A DNA stretch of 28,991 nucleotides, from contig QPGO01000177.1 of assembly GCA_008632985.1 (NCBI GenBank), forward strand, positions 124,001 to 152,991. The letters run 5' to 3'. The translations under genes and the position numbers were made by a program. Within the stretch, counting starts at the first letter, position 1, and every line of letters begins with the position of its first letter. The DNA is from Psammoneis japonica (taxonomy: Eukaryota). The notes below the pieces were generated by a model. That model was given only the letters and a program-made list of their open reading frames with translations. It ran no database searches and was not told the origin of the DNA. Shown one piece after another: positions 1-9,600 of the stretch.

Positions 1-134
1 CAACGTATGTAGAATAATACCAAGAACTACGTTCAATTCAAAACAGCCAAACCGCGGGCTTTTTCAGCTCGTCTCACAACTCGTCAACAAAGCGACGACA
101 ACAACAACAACTCACTCTGTGATACCAATCCAAC

Positions 135-3100
135 ATGACAATGACTCAAGCCTCCGCCAAGACGGCGTTACCCAAGCGTCTAACGCTTTCTCTGCTCATG
201 ACGTTGTGCCTCGCGTCGACCGCCGTAGTCATGGCGGTCGACAAGGGCGTGTGGTGGAACCGCGATGCGAAAGCGAACCCGGGAGAAGCCTTGTTGGTAA
301 GTAAAGCGCGTTATGATATTATCTACTCCACTATCAACGTATTGATACAATCGGCCGCGTCCGGGACGGTCGTAGCGACGGTCTCTGCATGATATCGCTG
401 ACGATTGAAGCAAATACTGATTTCGTGGTTCCGCCATGCTGCTACGCCATTTCCGGTATGTTTTCTACAGCGAAATGCTAACCGTGTCTTTTTGCCTCTT
501 TTGATACATACAACAGAAGAACAGCGAGGCGTCCACCAAGTTGGAGTCTGCCGCTGCCAAGGGCAACGCTGCGAAGCTCCCTTTCCATCCCATGCCTCGC
601 GTTTCGGTCATTCCGGCGAGCCGCGCCTTGCAAACTTCGGATGACTTTTCTCTCGGAGGAGTCGTGCGTCGTTCCACCTCGGTCAGTTCCATCTTTGACG
701 AGTGTGACGCCTCATGTACTCGCCGCAGGAACCTCTCCAAGGGCAAGGGTAAAGGCAAGGGCGGATCGTCTTCGTCCGGCCACAAGCCTTCGTGTTGCAA
801 GGGCGGACCTACGGCGCTACGCATGGTTTTCCACGGAGAACCCGGAACTCTACACCTTAGTTCTTCGCCGTCTGTCTCTGACTTTACGCAAGTCATCTCC
901 AACTGCGGTTCGGGTAAAGGAAAAGGCAAGGGCGGTAAGGGATCCTCAGCATCGGGTCACATGGAGGCTGTCAAGTTTGCCTCGTGCGACTACTGCTTCC
1001 CTGGCGCGGACTCTACGTGCGGAGACTACACTCCAGCTTTGGATTCCATCAAGGTGGAGAGCGGCAGTGACGTTTGCGTTTTCTCCTGGTATGAGTCTTC
1101 GAATGAACCCGCTTCCGATCTTAGCCTACCCAAGGACCTTGAGCTCTACTTCTCGGCGGACAGCGATTTTGGTGGAACTGCCTTCAAGATTTCGCTCCAT
1201 ACCTCCTGCAGCAAGCCGATTTACGCTCCCTACGCAGCCGACTTTGCTAGTTGCAGCCAGAAAGAACGCGTTGATCCTCAAGTAAGCGGCGAAGACCTCG
1301 AATTGCCGCTACTCGAGTTTATCGACGGAGAAAGCTCAAGAAATCCTGGTACCGTCTTCTCGGACTGTTCGGCTACTGCTGGCTCTAGCCACGACCATTC
1401 TCACGGCGATACGTGTTGCAAGGGCGGCGCAAGTTACCTCAAGACTCGAATCGGCGGTACTATCGTGAGTGGTACCATTACTGCTGATCTCGAAACGGCC
1501 AAGGCCTTGTTGCACCCCAGTGTTGACAACAACTGCGACTACCATGACTTGATCAGTCCTGCCGGAAAGGGGAAAGGCAAGGGCGGAAAAGGCGGCAAGG
1601 GACGCAGTAGCAATTCATCAAGCGGGAAAGGAAGCAGCAAGGGAGGCAGTAGCAAAGGAGGCAGCAGAAGCAAGGGAGGCAGTAGCAAGGGAGGCAGCGG
1701 AAGCTACTGGCAATCGAGTGACCAAGACGCAAGCCCAATTGTCTTTGTCCCGTGTGACGACTCTTGCCTCGATCCTTACGCAAACACACCATGCAGCTCC
1801 TACGAAACCAGCGCAACAGTGTCCTGGGGAGACGAGATCTGCTTTGGTACCTGGGACGCAGATTCCATGCGCATCTCATTCAGTACCAAACTGCCAAAGG
1901 AGCTAGTCCTGTTCTACATCTCGGCTGACGGTACCACGATTCTCTTCGGAGCGATCCATACTTCTTGTTCAAGGCCACTCCATTCTCCGTATGCCCAAGT
2001 ATTGACGAGTAAATGCAACAGGAACGCTGCTCCTCTCATCAATCTCGACACAGCTCCAACCACCGCTTTCGAAATGTACCTTGAGTTTCTAGACGGTATC
2101 AGCAAGGATTTCTACAACGCCGCTCTAGAGCATGGCAACTCCAACTTCGATATATCCTTTGCAACATGCGAGTGTGACTGCGGAGACACCAGTGAATCCC
2201 CTACGAGTGCCCCAACGGAAGTTACAAACACTCAGCCAGCACCGCCCACTCAAGCGCCGACGCCTCCACCAACGATCGAGTCAACGACAGCGCCAACTCC
2301 CAATCCAACACCGGGGCGTACACCTGCTCCATCACCTGGCCCAACTCCCGCACCAACCACGCCTGCTCCAACGCCGGATCCGACGCCTGGACCTACATCT
2401 GTTCCAACTCCGGATCCAACACCTGGTCCTACACCTACACCAACGGAACTCACGAACACTCAGCCAGCTCCACCCACTCAAGCACCAACGCCGGATCCGA
2501 CGCCTGGATCTACATCTGCTCCAACCCCGGATCCAACACCTCCTGGTCCTACATCTGCTCCAACGGAACTCACAAACACTCAGCCAGCTCCACCAACTCA
2601 AGCACCAACACCAACAACACCGCAACCAACGCCGTCTCCATCGCCCGAGCCAACAAAAAAGCCGTCGTCAGGACCGACTCACTTTCCCACTCGTCCTCCA
2701 ACCATGAATCCTACTCCAGCACCTTCACCAACGCCCTCGGCAAAGCCCACGCCGCTCCCGACGAGACTCCCGACCTCCAAGCCGTCACCTGTACCAACGC
2801 CTGTTCCGACACGTCCTCCGACCAAGACGCCTTCTGCTGCGCCATCAGCGAGCCCCTCGGTGAGGCCGACGCCGCCCCCAACTAGTTTTCCAACGAAAAA
2901 GCCGTCACCGGGACCGACTTCCTTACCCACACGTCTTCCAACCACGAATCCTACTCCGGAACCTTCATCACCACCCTCGGCAAGGCCGACGCCGCTCCCG
3001 ACGAGTCTACCCACAGCTTGGCCTACTGAACAGCCTACAAGTTCTCCAAGCGAGCCAAGCCGTTTACCCACAACGGCACCAAGTAACGTTCCGTCGAACA

Positions 3101-4912
3101 TCCCTTCGGCGTTCCCTTCGTTCGAACCAACGGACTCTCGTACGAATACATCTCCTCCGCCGCCGACGAAAGCCCCCACTCGCACTCCAACAACTGCCCC
3201 TTCCGATGTCCCGTCGAAGTTTCCTTCAAAGGGTCCAACGCTCTTCCCAACGCCTGCATCAACTCCATTACCGACCCGAAGTCCAACCATCACACTTGAA
3301 TGCATTGCTGAAGTAAGTAGTTGCCACTTTCACTGTTCCTTATTGATTCAATGCCGCTCGCACCGCTAACGCATCGACCTTTTCTTATCGCTACGTTCAG
3401 ACTACTGTCGCATGTACCCTCGTTGACGACTCCTCCGTCAAATGCACGGATATCTCTCAACCGAATGGTCAGTGTTTCACCGGTGACGATGTAACCGAGT
3501 TAACCTTTGTGTACGAGCCAACGAGCTGCGAGGACTCTAGGCAGTCACAGGGACTCGAGTTTTCTTGCTTTGGCGGTGATCCTTCAGGCGAAGTCGACAT
3601 TAGTTGCGTTTCCAATGGCGTTGAGTATGTTAGCGAGAGTGGTGTGTCCCCTGGAGATCTTGTTGTCATATCCGGGGGATCGTCTGCACTCCCATCTCCC
3701 ATGACTTGTAGGGTCGATAGCCAAGAGATTGTCTTCAACCCATCTGGATCAGCGCCACTTCACCTCAATGACGTGCTTGCCAGTTTACATCTCAAAGGCT
3801 GCGACGTTGGAGGCGAATCTAAAGACTGTCATACCGAGATCGAGTACAGCTATCTTGTCGGTAATACTGGAACTGTCACAATCGAAGTGATCACTTTGAA
3901 CGAGACAAGAGACGGGACAACGGATAGCATTCTCGGCGACCTCAGCCCGAACCCCGTCGAACCGCAGGATTCAGCTAGTCTTACAAAGACTGAAACCATC
4001 GACGTGTGTGTATCGACTGCATACAAGACGGAGATTTTGGCTCAAGCGCTACCGCTTCCTACTGGGGAGCTCTGCGAGGATACTGCCGTGTACGAGTTTG
4101 CGACCAACCCGCTGGCCACACCAGCGCCGACGCCACCTCAGACCGGTGAACCCACCAGGCTACCAACGGCATACCCAACGTCAACACCCACGGCTTGGCC
4201 TACTGAAGAGCCTACCAGTTCTCCGACCCCAGGTCCTACTCCAGCACCTACGACATCTGCTCCTACGCCTGAGCCAACGCATGCGCCTACACTTGCTCCG
4301 ACACCAGGTCCAACTCAAGCACCTACAACACCTGCTCCTACGCCTGAGCCGACGCATGGACCTACATCTGCTCCTACACCGGAACCGACACCTGCGCCTT
4401 CACCGGAGCCGACACCAGGTCCAACTCAAGCACCTACAACACCTGCTCCTACGCCTAAGCCGACGCCTGGGGCTACACCGGAGCCGACGCCTGCTCCTAC
4501 ACCTGCCAAAACGACTCACCCTACAGGTGCTCCAAATGCTTCTCCCACAAAAACGACGTCCCATACTCCAACCAACGAACCCACGTCTTTCCCTTCAAGC
4601 GAGCCGACTGATCCCAGAACGAATACGAATCCTTTCCCGGATTCAGATGCTCCAACATCAGCGCCCGATCCCTGTGCTCTAGAATGCCACGATTGGATTC
4701 GCACTCATTGCGCCATTGTCGGCGACAACAACATCACGATGTTCGAATTAGACTGTGACATCAACAACGTCGATGATACCGGGACAGGTAGGCTTCTCAA
4801 GGGCTTTCAAATGGATGAAACCGCCCTCTCCAGGCTTTCGGTACAGAATCAGATCAAGTATCACGACGCCATGGTGGATCTTTACACGGCCCTTCTTTTG
4901 CGCTTCGATTGA
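135..4912 (+). CDS. Large secreted Cys-rich / GK-rich / Pro-Thr mucin-like extracellular (cell-wall or adhesive-type) protein. Predicted exons 135-296, 517-3312, 3401-4912 (~1,489 aa)
   Basis: ATG135 is followed by a hydrophobic signal peptide (LTLSLLMTLCLASTAVVMA). GTAAGT donors at 297 and 3313; acceptors ...CAACAG516 and ...TTCAG3400, each preceded by a GCTAAC branch-like motif. All joins are phase 0 and link the 541..3369 and 3509..4912 ORFs in frame. Contains two HTSCS(K/R)P Cys-rich modules, GKGKGK tracts, long PT repeats and a third Cys-rich domain in exon 3. An extra 45-nt exon (411-455) cannot be excluded. Confidence 0.85.
2190..3290 (+). repeat. Coding Pro/Thr/Ser-rich tandem repeats (mucin-like stalk 1)
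   Basis: TE(V/L)TNTQPAPPTQAPT x3 (~2215, 2443, 2563); several PTPDPTPG units; TKKPS.GPT..PTR.PT.NPTP.PS..PSA.PTPLPT x2 about 240 nt apart. Confidence 0.9.
4115..4670 (+). repeat. Coding Pro/Thr-rich repeats (mucin-like stalk 2)
   Basis: PTPGPTQAPTTPAPTP(E/K)PT units. Shares PTAWPTE.PTSSP and FPS.EPTD.RTNT blocks with stalk 1. Confidence 0.9.
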
Positions 4913-5149
4913 GAATGAGTCCCTTGCCCAAAAGGATTACCGAGCACAGCCCTATTCAACGGATGGGAACGGCTGATCCTCACTGTCATTCACGGTCAGG
5001 CACTTTTGCATAGTTGTACTTAGCATCGAGGATGGCGTCGTCATTCTTGCCATGTACAATAAATCTAGAGTGATCCTTGATATACGACCTAGCCCTGGCT
5101 GACCTACCAAACGCGTGCAACCCAGTGCAAGCTTGATTAACTTTGCCAG

Positions 5150-5357
5150 CTTCTGCAACTTACACAGTATTGAATGTATCATTTGTCGGCTAGTCATGCA
5201 GTTTCTCGCTAGTGGAAGATCAATGTGGATACAGCGTCCTACCAACTGCTTTACTTCTGCAACTTACACAGTATTGAATGTATCATTTGTCGGCTCGTCA
5301 TGCAGTTTCTCTCTAGTGGAAGCTCAATGTGGATACAGCATCCCACCAACTGCTTTA
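5150..5357. repeat. 104-bp direct tandem duplication (2 copies)
   Basis: cttctgcaacttacacagtattgaatgtatcatttgtcggct... starts at 5150 and again at 5254, with only a few substitutions. Confidence 0.92.
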
Positions 5358-5733
5358 CTCCAATAGCGTATTCCTTTCCTCGCTTGTAATCAATGACTTC
5401 CTTTGCAGCGTTATCACAATTTTTCGAATCACGTCGTCCTGGTCTGAGTCTTCCCTTCTCAAGTTGGGTAGGTTGTTTCATAAGACGTCCGACCTCCTAA
5501 ATCCCCAGGAGAACCTCAATGATTTTTGATTTATCTGCAGAACCAATGTCACGACAATGCGGGTTTAGATGGGACCATATTTTGTCATCCAGAATTCCGT
5601 CCACAAACGCTCCTTGCTTGCCAAAACCTTGAAAAAACAGAGTTGATCCCAGAAGAATCATCAAAACAGCACCCAATATTGTGTGAATAGATGTCGGAAG
5701 ATATTACTCTGCTCTTCAATCAAAGGGAACTTA

Positions 5734-6003
5734 TCATTGACTACTGCAACCGATGCAAACAGACGGTGGTGCTAGTTCGTATCTTGAGACGCAGAGGCGG
5801 TTGGAACAGTCAACTCTAGGAGAGTTGACAGTTGATTTCCCCGCAGCGACGGGTGCACGGATGAAGATTATATGATGCCCTTTTCTCGACGCTTCGTTTA
5901 CCATTCCTTTCAGCTTTCTGAACGTATCGACGAGCGGGATGAAGACACCATTCTCTGCATCAGCCAGGTCGAGAAGTACAGCTGTAAATTCAGCCACCGA
6001 CAT
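5734..6003 (-). pseudogene. Degenerate 5' fragment of a P-loop NTPase-like gene (remnant may continue to ~4950)
   Basis: MSVAEF...HIIFIRAPVAAGKST is a hydrophobic strand plus a Walker A-like AxxxxGKST. The frame is lost shortly afterwards. A second copy lies at ~17334-17650. Confidence 0.5.
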
Positions 6004-6044
6004 CTGTCATTGTCGTCTCGAAAGGGAATATCAGGCGTGACTAA

Positions 6045-6857
6045 GACCCGTCGCAGTCGTGGAAAATGGGTGTAATTCGGGTGTAATTTGGGGGTGTAAA
6101 AACGCGCATCGCGCGAATTTACACCCCAAAATTACACCCGATTTTCTCACGACTGCGAGAGTGTGAAATTGGATGTCTGTAATTCTGCGAGAAATGATAT
6201 ATCCATTCAATATATACTCCTCAAAAATTGTTGATAATTAACCAGGAATAACTCTATATCTCTAATTTTAATCAACTTATTTGTGCGCGAAGCTGAACAT
6301 TCTATTGACAGCATCGAAACACCATGGCGTTCGGCGGCTCCGCTGCGACCTTACGCATATCAAATCATTGTTCTGACAAGTCTAGTCCATTTAAAATAAC
6401 GTGATTAACATCATATGTTACTATTGTATCCATAGCCAAGGTTTCAGCGACTATATGACGTGTTTTTCTTCTGAAATGGCATGAACTTGCCTTCATTTTG
6501 TTGTTCGTTAATGGCAATCTCATCGTTTTTCGCCATTATTTCTTTCATAAATATATCATAATAGTTCCCCATCAACGAGTTCTTACATCGCTTACTGGTT
6601 GAAGTTCGTCGTTGATTGTTGGTTGCCATTGTTGTTCGACATTCTGATGTTTGTTGCCGTCATGGACGATGATGAGTCTGTTTTCGTACGAAAAATTACA
6701 GGCACTTACGAAAAATTACAGGCAAAAATTACATGCCTCAGGACGGGTAATTGTTGGCTGTAATTTTTTTTGAGGGGTGTAAAAACGCGCGTCGCGCGTT
6801 TTTACACCCCAAAATTACACCCCGAATTACACCCCTTCGTCACGACTGCGACGGGTC
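6045..6857. mobile_element. Non-autonomous TIR DNA transposon (MITE), PIF/Harbinger-like, 813 bp
   Basis: Ends GACCCGTCGCAGTCGTG... and ...CACGACTGCGACGGGTC are a perfect 17-bp terminal match with ~85 bp imperfect TIR. Flanked by TAA on both sides (6042-6044, 6858-6860), the 3-bp TSD typical of PIF/Harbinger. Subterminal (T)GTAATT repeats; no transposase-length ORF. Absent from paralogous sites (~8110, ~17660). Confidence 0.88.
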
Positions 6858-6889
6858 TAAGCCTTTTAGGTAGTCGCTGAAGAAGCGGT

Positions 6890-9600
6890 GTAAACACCGT
6901 GTTATTTTGTTGGGCCACATAACCTAATCCGAGATTTTTTGAATTTTGGCATGGATTATTTCGTCGTTGTGGAACAACGGGCTTCGCGGACAATGAATGA
7001 ACATCAAGGCCTTGCAGCGTCCAACAGCTGTTGTTGAACTTGACACAGAGAAGCATGCCATGGCACTTCAAGCACTCAGCAGGCTGAGTTCAATCACGTA
7101 AGAGAAGTGATGATCAGCCCACTCCTCCAGCCCCACTCCAGTTGTCACACACACATTTCTTGAACATTGAAGACCTCACTGCCTGAAATGTTTTGCCAGT
7201 GATTGCCTTCACCAAGGTGTTGAGATGACAGCACTGGACATGCACAAGAAGGGTGATTTGCATTGATCATGCCTGGCCTCTGCTGTTAGACAGCAACAGC
7301 AGGCAACCGTGCCATTGCCAGAACAAGAAGAGAGTTTTCCCTTGTCCAGCTTTGCTCACAGCAAGGAGTGCAGCTGATGCAAGTTTCCTTCCTCTCCTCA
7401 GCACCGCCAGTGCAGCTGTCATCAGCTGCACATGACAACACAAAGAGAGGCAAGTTTTGCCGCCAATTGTGCGATCTTCTCATTCAACGCTGCGGCAGCA
7501 CGAGCACATGTGCATTTGATGTCTTTTGGCTCTGTTTGCCTTCAGATTCTTGTTTGGGTTCTTTGTTCCATGCTTCTTGGGCCTTGTTTGGCTTGCTGCT
7601 GCTGATGTTGGCATTGTCTTTGCTGCCATGGCAAGCCTTGTTCTCTTTCTTGTGTGTGTCTTCCTTGCACTGCATGTCCATGTAAAACAAAAAACTGTGT
7701 CTTTTGACTGGAGGCAGAAAAGTGCAGCTGCTCACAACCTCCAATGCAAGCTCAGTGACAGCAGCTGTGGCATGCTTCCATGGCATGGGCTGAAGTCATC
7801 TCAGCAGCTGCCAACTCCAAGAACAGCCTCATGTTTTGCAATTTACAACATGCTTGGGTGTCAATGCAAGGCCCAGGGAGCACATCTGTTTTCATGTTGG
7901 TTGCGTGCTTTGTAAAAAGATTTGTCAGTTCACACATGGTGTCAAATGGAGCACATCTCCCTTGTTGCTGCTTGCTCACATGGAGCCATTGTGGTGCTGC
8001 TCTTTTGAAGCAACATTCTTGCTGGCGACATTTTCTTTCACAGAACATCCATGCCAGTCACACAAACAACAGGGTGCTGCACTGTAAATTCAGCCACCGA
8101 CATCTGTGTTGTCATCTCTTTTGGTTGCTGATGAAAAATGTCCACAAAAGACCACAACAGGAAACACCGTGTTGTTTTGTTGGGCCACACAGCCCAGTCC
8201 CATTCCATTTTGACATGGATTTTTGTTGTGGTGGAACACCGGGTTTTGCAACAATGAAAATCAAGGCCTTGCAGCATCCAACAGCAGCTGTTGAACTTGG
8301 CACAAAGAAGCACACCAGGGCACTTCAAGCACTCAGCAAACTGTGTTCAATCATGCAAGTGATCAGCCCACCTCAGCCATCACATTTTTTGAATGACCCA
8401 GGTGATGCTTGTGTGGTGGTGTCAGCACCATCACATCCACTTTTCATTGACCTTGCTGCCTGAAACATTTTGCCAGTCATTGCTTTTGCCAAGCTGTTGA
8501 GATGACAGCAGCGCTGGACATGCACAAGAAGGGTGATCTGCGTTGTTCATGCCTGGTCTCTGCTGCCAGACAGCAGCAACAGTCATGCCATCGCCAGAGA
8601 GAACAAGAGAAGAGAATCTTCTTTCCTTGTCCAGCTTTGCCCACAACAAGGAGTGCAGCTGTTGCAAGTTTCCTTTCTGTCCACAGCACCACCAGCGCAA
8701 ATGTCATCAGCTGTGCAAAATGACAAAAAGAGAGGCAAGCCTTGCTGCCTCTCTTTTTGTTGAGTGTGGCCATTTTTTCCAACCTCTCCATCAGCAAGCA
8801 CATGCAAAATTGATTTTTTTACTCTGCTTGCCTTCAGGTTCTTGTTTGGCCTCCATTTTCTAACCTTGATCACATCTTTTCCTGACTTCAAGCCAAGATG
8901 GGATGAACATGGGGCATTTGGCCATTTCAGCAATTTGTTGGGGGCAGCTTGCTGACACAAAGTTGTGGCTTTCTTTTTTCAAGTCTTTTTTGCAATTTGC
9001 ACTTTGGGCATTGGCTTGGTCCAAGACAACACAGCCATGACCCCTTGGCAACAGCCACAACCACTTCAGCAATTGCCCCACAGCCCCTCAGCAGACTGGC
9101 CACAAATCCCATTTCAGGTTGCGGGGTCATTGCCAGCTCTCATTGCTGCAAACTGATGATGAGGTCACACACATCTTCAATTCAGCTTCTTTGCTCTTGT
9201 TGTCAAGAATCTCAGAACAACTGAAGTGCCCAAAGGGCATGCCACAATTTGTCTGCTTGGCTCTGTCTTGACTTTGGCCAAGTTTTGAAAACTGCTGTTG
9301 TTGTCAACTCCAACAGTCTCATTTTGCAACTTGCAACTTGCAACATGCTTGGGTCAATGGTCAATGCAAGGCACAGAGTGCTGTCATGAGTGAGCACATC
9401 CATTTTTGTGTGGGCGTCATGTGTTTCACAAAGAGATTTGTCAGTTCACACATCATGGCATCAAATGGGTGCATCTTTCTTGTCACTTCTCATCCAGATG
9501 GAGCTGTTCTTGTGCTGCTCTTGAAGCAATGTTGCTCCTGGTGACATTTTCTTGCACAGAACATCCATGCCAGTCACAAACAAAAATCCTTGTGCCTTGG
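6890..9600. repeat. Internal ~1.2-1.5 kb tandem duplication within unit 1 (6890-8075 vs ~8083-9600; third copy at ~17630-19070)
   Basis: Shared anchors such as tcaaggccttgcagc(g/a)tccaacagc (7005, 8261, 17732), ggacatgcacaagaagggtgat (7236, 8516, 18005) and cacagaacat (8039, 9555, 19037). Confidence 0.88.

Noticed and set aside
2132..4704. Alternate-frame and antisense ORFs (Gly/Val-rich, Arg/Leu/His-rich) over the PT repeats
   Set aside because: Shadows of the repetitive Pro/Thr coding strand.
6444..6629. 61-aa ORF inside the MITE as a transposase
   Set aside because: Too short, with no DDE or Myb motif recognisable; at most a remnant.
6687..6835. Short repeats and palindromes resembling a CRISPR array or terminator
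   Set aside because: No constant repeat-spacer period and no cas genes; eukaryotic context; explained as MITE subterminal motifs.
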